From the IMG/VR virus record IMGVR_UViG_3300036796_000061, positions 719 through 64,718 of that record: DNA of 64,000 nucleotides; one strand, given 5' to 3'. Made by a program: the position numbers and the translations under genes. Below the pieces are notes generated by a model. That model saw nothing but the letters and a program-made list of their open reading frames with translations. It was not told where the DNA came from and did no database searches. The DNA comes from a virus (lineage: Duplodnaviria; Caudoviricetes). Position 1 is the first letter of the stretch. Every line of letters begins with the position of its first letter. Of this stretch, positions 56,070-64,000 are shown one piece after another.

Positions 56070-56734
56070 GTTTTCGGACCAACCATTCCGTCAGCCGGAA
56101 GCTTCTTGCGCTTCTGATACGCCGTAACCGCAGCTGCCGTATTCTTACCGTAGTATCCATCGACTTGCTTTTCCGGAAGGCCAACTGCGCGCTGAATCCG
56201 CTCGACGTCCCTGCTTCTCGGTGATCCGACTTTAAGCACCTTCCCCGGATATTTGACGATAGAGGCTTGCGGTTGAGCTGCCGGCTTAGCTGGCGTAGGC
56301 TTGACGACCGTCTCCTTTTTCGGACCTTCTGCCGGACGCTTGCCCGCTTGCAAGTCTTTAATCGATAAGCCGAACGTCATTTGCAAATGCGGATAGTCGA
56401 CGAAGTCTTTCCACTCGCCGCCCCACTCGAAGCCGAGCTTCTTAGCTTCCGCAGCAACCGTGCGCCAGTCCTTGTTAACCTCCCATACCGCCTTGCCGTC
56501 GACTAGCAAGCAATAATCGACCGCCAGTCCGTAGTTGTGATACGATGTGCCGCCCGGCGCGTTTGTTACCTTCGGCCCTGGCGCCGTCCTACCTTGCGCG
56601 TATAATGCGTTTTGCTCCGCAATCGACCGGTAAGCCTGCGCGATAATAATGTCGATACCCTTCTCCTTACATACTGCGACTAATTTCTCCGTGGCTTCGC
56701 GAACAATCGGATGTAACCCGTCTAATTTTGCCAT
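56051..56734 (-). CDS. Endolysin: M15 L-Ala-D-Glu peptidase plus PG-binding domain
   Basis: YRSIAEQNALYAQGRT, SYHNYGLAVD, WGGEW...DYPHLQ; C-terminal DG.YG..T..AV..YQ...L.ADGMVGPKTW. Confidence 0.95.
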   Translation of the reverse strand: MAKLDGLHPIVREATEKLVAVCKEKGIDIIIAQAYRSIAEQNALYAQGRTAPGPKVTNAPGGTSYHNYGLAVDYCLLVDGKAVWEVNKDWRTVAAEAKKLGFEWGGEWKDFVDYPHLQMTFGLSIKDLQAGKRPAEGPKKETVVKPTPAKPAAQPQASIVKYPGKVLKVGSPRSRDVERIQRAVGLPEKQVDGYYGKNTAAAVTAYQKRKKLPADGMVGPKTWAVMF

Positions 56735-56829
56735 TTCGCATTCCCCTTTCGAATTGTACGTGCTATAATTTATCTTAGGTCGGCGCCGTGTTTTCCGTTC
56801 TTCAGGCGTTAGCGCGGCTAGCCGACTCC

Positions 56830-57096
56830 CTATCTGAAAACCGCAATGGCTACCGTAATAACTAAGCTAATCACCGTTAGCATTACGCCCCAAACCCACT
56901 TCGTATTCGCCTTCATGTCGCGTATATCTTCCTTATTGTCCATTGATAACTGTTTCGCCTCGTCTGCCGTAGATTTCGCCTGTTCCGCTAAATGCCTAAC
57001 TTCGTTCAAATAATCGACTTTCGTATTGATAACGCCTAGCTCTACTTTGATTTCCGTGACCACATCGTAAAATTCCTTGCTGGATGGTTCCGTCAT
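56830..57096 (-). CDS. XhlA-like holin/lysis accessory protein
   Basis: Coiled coil plus one C-terminal TM helix (TKWVWGVMLTVISLV); start MTEPS after GGGAGGTG. Confidence 0.75.
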   Translation of the reverse strand: MTEPSSKEFYDVVTEIKVELGVINTKVDYLNEVRHLAEQAKSTADEAKQLSMDNKEDIRDMKANTKWVWGVMLTVISLVITVAIAVFR

Positions 57097-57205
57097 GTGC
57101 CGCACCTCCCTTCGATGAAATTTGGGCAACGCAAAAAAGCCGCTCCGGGAGGGCGACTAGTGTTTTACGTATTACCGCTTAATTTGTTCCAACTGTAACT
57201 GTAAT

Positions 57206-58396
57206 TTAGTGACTCCAAACAATTCTTTTTCTTTTGCGAATAAATTTGGAACCTTTTTTTAATTGAGTTTCATCCAGTGATCGAATTGAATTTATATACA
57301 CTAAAATAAACGGAATTATAAACAAACTTCTGAAATAGATGAACGTTGTATAGCCTATCTCCATCATCATAAAAATCAGGAATAAAAAAATTGCATCTCT
57401 TTTTAAAATTAAATTACTTTTGTAAAAAAGGAAAACTCCTGCATAGATTAGTATAAACAATAACAAAGAACCTCTTAATAGAACTTCAACCATGCCAGAA
57501 TCTCCAAAGAATAAATCGTCGGAATAACCAAACCCGACAGGCCTATAAAAATTCTCTGAAATGTAGTCTAAATTCTGCGCTTGATAACCTGTCGATTTAA
57601 AACGTCCAATCAACCCATTACTTTCTGATAAAAAAGCATTTTGTGTGCTTTGATATAAATCTGTAATTCTATATCTAAATATCAAGCAACTTAATACTAG
57701 AGTCATTACTGTAACTACTGGCTTCTTTGGTAAAAAGCATTTAATTATTTGGATTGTGGCTATAATTAAAAATACATGAGTTGTAAATGAATTTAGGTAC
57801 AACATTAACACAACGTAAGAAATCGATATAAACAAAAATGATAATTGTTTAGTCTTTTTATAGGATTCAAGACACAGATAGAAAAATATATAAAAGTAAA
57901 AAGCAGCAATAGAGTGGGAAGCAAACATAATAACCGGTTTTTTTGTATAAGAAGCAAACCTCACCAAATCTTCATAATAATAAGAATAATTTTGGATAAA
58001 AAAATCAATAATGATCTGATTTTGATTAATTACTAAAAATCCTAAGATAATAATTATTATGTTTATCCATTTAAATATCCTGATGTGACTTTCAGTAAAC
58101 CGATTATTTTTTAACCCCAGTAAAAACAAAATACTTAATGATAGATATGCTAAATAAGATCCTACAGCATATTCATTAAACGGCGTTATCCATGTGGCAA
58201 GCAATAATACAAAGTTAATGCCTAGAAAAATTAAGAGTGGTATTTTCGGCAAATACTTTCTTCTTATAAGAGACCACAATAAAACAAGAATTAAAATTAC
58301 CGAATAAACAGACTGGAAATTTTTTATCTCAGCACTTAAAGATGTTGGAAAAAACAAACCAATAATTAATAAGAAAAGAATAATATTATTATTCAT
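57206..58396 (-). CDS. Polytopic membrane protein, Wzy/O-antigen polymerase-like moron
   Basis: About 11 hydrophobic segments, large late extracytoplasmic loop (GR...RPVGFGY...DSGMVE.LLRG); markedly AT-rich. Confidence 0.6.
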   Translation of the reverse strand: MNNNIILFLLIIGLFFPTSLSAEIKNFQSVYSVILILVLLWSLIRRKYLPKIPLLIFLGINFVLLLATWITPFNEYAVGSYLAYLSLSILFLLGLKNNRFTESHIRIFKWINIIIIILGFLVINQNQIIIDFFIQNYSYYYEDLVRFASYTKKPVIMFASHSIAAFYFYIFFYLCLESYKKTKQLSFLFISISYVVLMLYLNSFTTHVFLIIATIQIIKCFLPKKPVVTVMTLVLSCLIFRYRITDLYQSTQNAFLSESNGLIGRFKSTGYQAQNLDYISENFYRPVGFGYSDDLFFGDSGMVEVLLRGSLLLFILIYAGVFLFYKSNLILKRDAIFLFLIFMMMEIGYTTFIYFRSLFIIPFILVYINSIRSLDETQLKKGSKFIRKRKRIVWSH

Positions 58397-58419
58397 AAAA
58401 GCCCTCCATATTCCAACTA

Positions 58420-58448
58420 ATAATATACTGTTAAAATATGCTTTTCAA
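58420..58448 (-). promoter_or_regulatory. SigA promoter of the Wzy-like gene
   Basis: TTGAAA-17 nt-TATTAT. Confidence 0.7.
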
Positions 58449-58534
58449 GTTAATTATTGATATGTTAAGATTTTTTCTATTAATATTTTCCCTTAAGACC
58501 TACTACCAAATCTTCATATCCAAAAGTGAATTAA

Positions 58535-60094
58535 TCAATAAACGATATTTTCAATGGTGAACCCGTCTTTTCTATTTGACGGTACAAATTGCACTCTCAT
58601 ACGATAGCGATAAACGGTAGTTGCACCAACGGTTGTTTTTGCCGATAGTCCAACCGTAACATTACCATACCCTACTGTATCAGATGTTGCCAAAACAGGT
58701 ATTTCAGCACTAAACGGTAAAGTTAATCGCTTCATTCCCTCGCCATAAACTTCTTCCGCCACATTCATTCTTACGGGTGTCCTTTCCAAACTTCTTTCTT
58801 GTCCCCCGTAAACAGATACAAAATGCTGTGCTGAATCATCCGTTCCTCTTATTGTTATTTCTCCATTTATTAATACAATACCTTTTGTCGGTACTTGAAA
58901 GCTCTTTGTAAATGGAGCCAATTCTGCATAGTTTGTGCCTACCGGAAAAACAATCGAGTTACCAGTACCTGAATAGGTGTAATAGTAACGATTTACAAAA
59001 CCGTCAAAAAGTGTGATCCCATTCGTTCTCTTTTCTAACTTTGTATGTTGTAGAATAATATTTCCAAACCATTCAACTGCCTTACTCACTTCTATGGAAT
59101 CGTATTTTTGCACCCCAAATCGAGTATCCGGATATTCCGGGTTGGAAGCATACATTCCTAGCTTTTCTCCTGCATAAATATAGCTTGATGGGTTTGTCAC
59201 TTCCCCCCATTGCATAACATACGAATCAGGCTTCATTGTGTTCATAACTCTTCTGTAAATCTCGCGGTTAACCTCTGCTTTTTTAGGAACATATACCACA
59301 AAATCAGCATCGGGCGTCCCTAAATTATGGAGGTCTAAATAAGCAATGGCATTCGGAGTAGTATCTAAAACGCTTTTTATATATTGGGTTTCCACTTCGC
59401 TAAATGCGGAAGGCCCCTTGTAGTCATGGTCACCTGGATTTTTCAATGGATACGTTGCCCAATTGCCGTTAGAATCAAAATTCCGATTTAAATCAACGCC
59501 ATTTGCATTTTGCCTCACTCTTGGAAGTTGAGACATCCCCCAAGGGTTTTGAATCGGTAATATAGTTAACTTCACTTTATTCCTTACGTACGACAAAGGG
59601 GAGTATTTTTTCCAGTCATTAACCACATGATAAAGGAACCTATACAAAGCAAGCATCCCTGTGGTTTCCCCACCGTGAAGCCCTGCCCCTATAATTAGCT
59701 CTTTCTCATATTGAGGTGGGGTAAACTCGTACTTCCACACGTCATAGGTACCTGAGGCATCTTTTCCAAAACTACTTCTTTTTACATACTGTGGGTCTGT
59801 TAACCTAAGAGGTTCCCAAAGGGTGCTAATGTATTTGTCAGCATTCCAGTTAAAGCCATCTGCAAAATACCCTGTTATGTCTGCCCTTGCAGGTGGCTGT
59901 GCAGGCGGAATCCAATGCGATGATACAACTGATGGTGCTACTTGAATTTCTCGCGCAGTATCCTCCAACTGTGTGGTAACCTCTGTAACCTTCTCATCAA
60001 TCTTCCCGAAATTGTCGTTAAACTCCGTCCTCAGTACGCCATCCGTCGGCGCCCATTTATGCAATCCTAAATTTCCAGTCTTTTCGCTACTCAT
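58535..60094 (-). CDS. Tail fibre/spike with an M14 zinc carboxypeptidase domain
   Basis: Fibre-anchor N terminus (KTGNLGLHKW...FNDNFGKID); HGGE, PIQNPWG, RQNANGVDLNRNF and LDLHN motifs. Confidence 0.8.
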   Translation of the reverse strand: MSSEKTGNLGLHKWAPTDGVLRTEFNDNFGKIDEKVTEVTTQLEDTAREIQVAPSVVSSHWIPPAQPPARADITGYFADGFNWNADKYISTLWEPLRLTDPQYVKRSSFGKDASGTYDVWKYEFTPPQYEKELIIGAGLHGGETTGMLALYRFLYHVVNDWKKYSPLSYVRNKVKLTILPIQNPWGMSQLPRVRQNANGVDLNRNFDSNGNWATYPLKNPGDHDYKGPSAFSEVETQYIKSVLDTTPNAIAYLDLHNLGTPDADFVVYVPKKAEVNREIYRRVMNTMKPDSYVMQWGEVTNPSSYIYAGEKLGMYASNPEYPDTRFGVQKYDSIEVSKAVEWFGNIILQHTKLEKRTNGITLFDGFVNRYYYTYSGTGNSIVFPVGTNYAELAPFTKSFQVPTKGIVLINGEITIRGTDDSAQHFVSVYGGQERSLERTPVRMNVAEEVYGEGMKRLTLPFSAEIPVLATSDTVGYGNVTVGLSAKTTVGATTVYRYRMRVQFVPSNRKDGFTIENIVY

Positions 60095-60153
60095 TTAATC
60101 CGCCCCTTTTCCGTAATTTCCCGCACAAAAAAGACGACCGCATTTGGCCGCCC

Positions 60154-60288
60154 TTAATTCGCTTCGTTCTGCGGAGTATCGAGTATTGATTCCGCCTCTT
60201 CAGCCGTAATAAATTTAGGCACGTAACTTCGTATCTGCGTTTCGGTAACTTTACGCCTGGTCCACATTCCGATTAAAAATGCGTACAT
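60154..60288 (-). CDS. XkdX-like tail fibre chaperone (44 aa, not in the ORF track)
   Basis: MYAFLIGMWTRRKVTETQIRSYVPKFITAEEAESILDTPQNEAN; SD AAGGAGG. Confidence 0.75.
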   Translation of the reverse strand: MYAFLIGMWTRRKVTETQIRSYVPKFITAEEAESILDTPQNEAN

Positions 60289-60305
60289 ACTTCGTACCTC
60301 CTTCG

Positions 60306-60575
60306 TTACTTAGCGCTGTCCATAAGTATAATTAGCGCCTCTTCGATGACCTCTAGTCTCGACTTAAGCTCCCCGTTTTCTTGCTGAAGTTCTTCGATTG
60401 TTACCTCGACTTCCTCCGTTAGCTCTACACCAGTCCATGTCACTTTGAACGTAGTCCAGTCGATACCCCGCAAAGACAACTTTTCTTGCCCGTTCAAGTA
60501 TCCCGTCAAACTGTCCGCCGTTTTTACGAGTTTATCTACCGTAATTTGGTCGCCTGCTAAAAAGATTTTTCCCAT
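60306..60575 (-). CDS. XkdW-like tail fibre accessory protein
   Basis: C-terminal coiled coil EELQQENGELKSRLEVIEEAL; between the fibre and xkdX-like genes. Confidence 0.65.
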   Translation of the reverse strand: MGKIFLAGDQITVDKLVKTADSLTGYLNGQEKLSLRGIDWTTFKVTWTGVELTEEVEVTIEELQQENGELKSRLEVIEEALIILMDSAK

Positions 60576-61480
60576 CAGTGAATGACACCTCCGCTTACCG
60601 TCGTTTCGAGTGTCGTAGCGTTAAGGTTCAGTGGGCCGACTTTGTGAACAATCGAAGAAGATACGCTTAAACCGAAATCGCTCTTCGTTGTTGAATGCGA
60701 ATTACTTTCAGACCATACGACCTGTGAACCGCTCTGTGCGCGCATACATGTATATTGGTTCGTAAAGAAACTGTTATAGATATTTCCTTTTGAAGCATCG
60801 TAGAGAACGGAGATTTTTCCGTTAACTTTCACGTCACTGTCAAAACGGCAATTATTTATAGCCCCGTACATGCACCGAGTAAAGCGAATGACCGCATTAC
60901 GCGATATAGTTGAGGAGTTATAAACATCAACGTCGTTAATTTGGATATAGCACATGCAATCCTCAGCTAGAATCGAATATACGTTGAATCCTGTTGTTCC
61001 GTCTTTGGCCGGCGGAGCTATTCCGTCGAATGCGATTTTTAAGTTCCCACCAAGCAACCCTTTAATCAGAACTTCTTCCGGATAATTCCCCGGACCGCAG
61101 GCGATTGTATATGCGTTCATGTGTATATTCGGGACAGCATCGACCGCGCGTTGTATTGTTTTGTATGGCTTTGCTCGGGTACCGTCGCCCGTCGAGTCAT
61201 TCCCGGCGGTTGTACTAACGTAAATGAACTTCTCTATTGCACGTTTCGGCAGCACGTCGTCGGCTAAAACCGTTTGCCCGAGGCGTAATAATCCATCTAC
61301 ACCTGGCATCGGTACCGCCATGATTTGCTCCGGCGTTACTCCGTGCGGATTATTTTTATTTTCGATATGCGTGCCGACCTTCTCGTCAATCTTATCGACT
61401 AGTTCGTTATGTGCCGCCCTTGACACGGTTTCATTTCCTAAGGGTTTCGGCAATCCTAACTTCGGCGTATATTCAGGCAT
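60575..61480 (-). CDS. Tail fibre with beta-helix domain
   Basis: YTPKLGLPKP anchor; YVSTTAGNDSTGDGTRAKPYKTIQRAV; right-handed beta-helix-like repeats. Confidence 0.8.
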   Translation of the reverse strand: MPEYTPKLGLPKPLGNETVSRAAHNELVDKIDEKVGTHIENKNNPHGVTPEQIMAVPMPGVDGLLRLGQTVLADDVLPKRAIEKFIYVSTTAGNDSTGDGTRAKPYKTIQRAVDAVPNIHMNAYTIACGPGNYPEEVLIKGLLGGNLKIAFDGIAPPAKDGTTGFNVYSILAEDCMCYIQINDVDVYNSSTISRNAVIRFTRCMYGAINNCRFDSDVKVNGKISVLYDASKGNIYNSFFTNQYTCMRAQSGSQVVWSESNSHSTTKSDFGLSVSSSIVHKVGPLNLNATTLETTVSGGVIH

Positions 61481-61500
61481 ACTTCGCCACCTCCGTATTT

Positions 61501-62160
61501 TTAAGGTTTATAAACTTCGAGCTGATCGTGCGTAAAATTCTTGGCGTCCAGCGTATCCCACGTCCACGCAAAAGCATCGTACTCATCCCACGAAAGGTAA
61601 CGATACGTATATTCCACGACTAAATGGGCGGGCATAATTTCTGCCACCGCCTCTTTTAAATCGTTAATGTTCGAAGGGATTCCGCGCGCGTCCACGAATT
61701 TAATCAGGATTTTATGACTCGCAGGCGCCTCCGTAACCTCGACCTCTCCGCCTACATACGACTCGCAAACGCTCTTTAGTAGCGCAGCATTAACCGAGCC
61801 GAATCCGCGTATCCTCGACTTAATGGACGACTTTCGCTCAGAGCCATCGCCGACAAACGCATCTTCGAAACTGTCCCAACTCATCGTCTCAACGTCTTCA
61901 AATGCTTTGCGACTAGCTTCCAACGCATCCCACACGGAGTAGTCAGCGCCTATCTTTATGTCGAGCAACGCCTCCCAACGCGCCAGCCCCCACGTAGCTG
62001 TATCGACGTACATTTGCGCCAGTACATCGTCAATGTCACGCATCAATTGGAGCTGCGCTTTAGCCTCCGCACTAATAATCGCCTCGGACTCGCGAAGGTC
62101 TTCGTAGTATTTCGGCAGGTAGTCGAGCATGGCGCGCCTTATATCGCGTGTATTATTCAC
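61501..62160 (-). CDS. Baseplate wedge protein (XkdU/YmfQ-like)
   Basis: MLDYLPKYY, TATWGLARWE and IMPAHL motifs. Confidence 0.85.
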   Translation of the reverse strand: MNNTRDIRRAMLDYLPKYYEDLRESEAIISAEAKAQLQLMRDIDDVLAQMYVDTATWGLARWEALLDIKIGADYSVWDALEASRKAFEDVETMSWDSFEDAFVGDGSERKSSIKSRIRGFGSVNAALLKSVCESYVGGEVEVTEAPASHKILIKFVDARGIPSNINDLKEAVAEIMPAHLVVEYTYRYLSWDEYDAFAWTWDTLDAKNFTHDQLEVYKP

Positions 62161-63212
62161 GTAAAGTTCACCGTCCCTTTAATCGCAACCCTTCCGTCCG
62201 AGATTCGGGCATTACTCGTGCCTCCGTTTATCGTTAGCTGGCTGTAATCGAGTACGCCCGGAATATCGAGGATTAGATTGGCGACATGAGAATACCGAAC
62301 GACTGGATCCGTAAACGCTAGCCCATAGAGGTATTCCGTATACGTTTCCTCGAATGCCGCCTTAATCGCGAATAAGTCTCCGTCAGGCTGAAGCGTTAGT
62401 TTTGCGGAAATACTCAGTGGTATTTCCATCGCTCCTTCGACCGTAACTGTGGCGCCAAACGGGCGCGTCGATTCGATGTATGTTTTAGCTTCGTCAATGA
62501 CCGTCGGCGTCGGCGCCTTTTTGTCCTCGCTGAGCAAGACGACTTTCACCGTACCCGGACCGTTCCATAACGGATAAACTTTCGCATCACTTACTCCTAC
62601 GACTTCCTTCGCCCACTGCAAATAGTGATTCGCGTTCCCACTGGTAGCCGGCTTTTGTATGCGGTCCTTTAAGCGCCTCTGCAACGCTTCGTCCGACTCT
62701 TCGTCAGCCCCGCCACTAAAAGACTGCGTGTTGGTCGCTGTAACCACTCCGTATAAATCGCCCGGTGCTAGTGACGTTATTCGACCAGGCGAAATGTTTC
62801 CGTCCGCTCCGCCAATCTGCGCCTCTGCGCCAACTGTCGCCGTCCCATTCGTAAGAGTAACTTCGTCTTTCGTTACGAAATAAATTGGCTCCTCGTCGTC
62901 CGTCATGAGCAACGTATCAACCGGCACGACCGTATTAGCAGGGCCCGTCAGCACGACGTTTCCTTCCGCCTTTGCCGCGGCTTTCCTTGTCACGCCGAAT
63001 TCGCCCGCCCGCAAGTCCAGCCAGTAGCCTTCCGTTGTATCAGCGAATCCCAGCATCATAACAGCGTCCAACTCGACGTAAGCCAGCGATAGCTCAATGG
63101 CCGCCGGATATAGTAAATCGTAGGCGACCGAGCCTTCCCGCTTGTCAATCGAACCATCAACGTCCGCTAACATCGCCTCCATAATCGCTTCTGGCGTTTT
63201 ATATTCATACAT
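62157..63212 (-). CDS. Baseplate J-like protein (XkdT-like)
   Basis: DKREGS, GGADEESD and SGNANHY..WAKEVVGV..AKVYPLWNGPGTVKV motifs. Confidence 0.9.
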   Translation of the reverse strand: MYEYKTPEAIMEAMLADVDGSIDKREGSVAYDLLYPAAIELSLAYVELDAVMMLGFADTTEGYWLDLRAGEFGVTRKAAAKAEGNVVLTGPANTVVPVDTLLMTDDEEPIYFVTKDEVTLTNGTATVGAEAQIGGADGNISPGRITSLAPGDLYGVVTATNTQSFSGGADEESDEALQRRLKDRIQKPATSGNANHYLQWAKEVVGVSDAKVYPLWNGPGTVKVVLLSEDKKAPTPTVIDEAKTYIESTRPFGATVTVEGAMEIPLSISAKLTLQPDGDLFAIKAAFEETYTEYLYGLAFTDPVVRYSHVANLILDIPGVLDYSQLTINGGTSNARISDGRVAIKGTVNFT

Positions 63213-63633
63213 TCACTTCCACCTCCTCCGTAATTTCCACGTCGTTATCTGCCGGGACGACCGTGACGTTGATGAACAACTTGTCGCCCTCCCTCGTAAA
63301 CGTCGTCTGTACGTCCTCAATGCGTTCGTCGTACGCCAATGCTTCGTAAACCAGGCGAGGGATTTCGGCGTCCAGTAAATCCTCCGTTACGACATCATCA
63401 CCGATTAGCTCGTTTAATTCGCAACCGTAGTCGTCCGAGTAGATAGAAAACCGCGCCCGCTCTGTTAAAATAGCTTTCCGGATATACTGGCGCAGTGCCT
63501 CGCCCTCATCGATAAACTTTCCGATCGTTCCTGCTTCGAAGTTAATCGCCCATGTTTTCGACGGCTCGACGACTGCCTCCGCCGCTTCCTCCTCATCCAA
63601 AATGTCCGAGTAATTTTCGGGAACTAACGCCAT
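63205..63633 (-). CDS. Sheath initiator/baseplate wedge protein (XkdS, DUF2634-like)
   Basis: KAILTERARFSIYSDDYGCEL; EALAYDERI. Confidence 0.85.
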   Translation of the reverse strand: MALVPENYSDILDEEEAAEAVVEPSKTWAINFEAGTIGKFIDEGEALRQYIRKAILTERARFSIYSDDYGCELNELIGDDVVTEDLLDAEIPRLVYEALAYDERIEDVQTTFTREGDKLFINVTVVPADNDVEITEEVEVNV

Positions 63634-63635
63634 AC

Positions 63636-63917
63636 TTACACCGCCTTATCTATTACGAAATATAATTGCGAATCGTCGTCGCCAATGATGATTACGCGGT
63701 CGCCAGGCGAAAGACCCGCGTTGGCCGCCGTCTTGGAAACGATTAAGTCATCCATGTCGAGGTCAATCTCGTCGGTGCCAACGCGAATCTGTAAGTTAGG
63801 CATAGGCGTCAGCACTTCGCCAAGCTCGATTGTGACGTCTTTGTTGTGGCCGTGCCGACGCATTAGCTGGACGAGTTTAGATGCCGCAGTTCCTTCGAGT
63901 CCCATGCGTTTATCCAT
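63636..63917 (-). CDS. XkdR/DUF2577-like baseplate spike-associated protein
   Basis: LGEV....P.L.I, GDRVII, YFVIDKAV. Confidence 0.75.
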   Translation of the reverse strand: MDKRMGLEGTAASKLVQLMRRHGHNKDVTIELGEVLTPMPNLQIRVGTDEIDLDMDDLIVSKTAANAGLSPGDRVIIIGDDDSQLYFVIDKAV

Positions 63918-63919
63918 CG

Positions 63920-64000
63920 TTAAATCACCCTCCGTATTTCCATGTAATGACTGCCCCAGTAGCCCGTCGTATAACTGTGTTCCTTGCAGCCGGACGAAGC
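63920..64000 (-). CDS. C-terminal 26 aa of an NlpC/P60-like domain, probably the end of the XkdQ-like gene
   Basis: ASSGCKEHSYTTGYWGSHYMEIRRVI* resembles the NlpC/P60 terminus (SS.G...S....YW...Y...RRV); gene order xkdQ-xkdR. Confidence 0.55.
   Translation of the reverse strand, partial: ASSGCKEHSYTTGYWGSHYMEIRRVI

Noticed and set aside
213-63623. Most plus-strand and short overlapping ORFs in the six-frame track (e.g. 1078-1512, 7114-7641, 13211-13711, 34271-34843, 52049-52507)
   Set aside because: They are shadows of well-supported genes on the other strand or frame, with no SD and no recognisable motifs.
63960-64000. Terminal redundancy or direct circular join of the window ends
   Set aside because: Only a 14-bp internal repeat and a 4-bp AAGC overlap are shared. 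A direct join does not put the hub gene in frame with its NlpC/P60-like end, so sequence is simply missing.

Overview
The window is almost a whole temperate contractile-tailed (myovirus, PBSX/Xkd-type tail) phage genome of a Bacillaceae-type host, seen in its circular, non-integrated form. It opens inside the XkdQ-like hub gene and closes with what looks like the 3' end of that same gene, and an intact attP-like site follows the large serine integrase. Most genes are on the minus strand. Modules: tail and head (1-13.8 kb); packaging interrupted by a small tyrosine recombinase, then a Rep-like gene with iterons (13.9-16.8 kb); two methyltransferases and late regulators; nucleotide metabolism (dNMP kinase, ThyX, dUTPase, PhoH, class II RNR); Holliday junction resolvase, Cas4-like nuclease, PolA, SSB; a regulatory block; primase, helicase, loader and initiator; serine integrase; a YolD/HTH/Replic_Relax/FtsK block; lysis; a Wzy-like moron; tail fibres and baseplate. 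The most notable signal is the regulatory block. An arbitrium-like AimR/AimP pair, whose precursor carries two copies of the peptide AKKDPGTGGL, sits directly upstream of a phage sigma factor rather than a recognisable aimX. A conserved bipartite motif, TGCGCGACTT-N10-TTCTTATT(A/G)T, occurs six times. It points at the sigma gene itself, at aimP (from inside aimR), at an unannotated candidate excision factor, at the replication operon and (twice) at the phoH operon. My inferred wiring is XRE repressor -| AimR -> sigma -> excision/replication plus peptide feedback. All product calls come from motif recognition by eye, with no database search. Several start codons were re-assigned from ribosome-binding sites.
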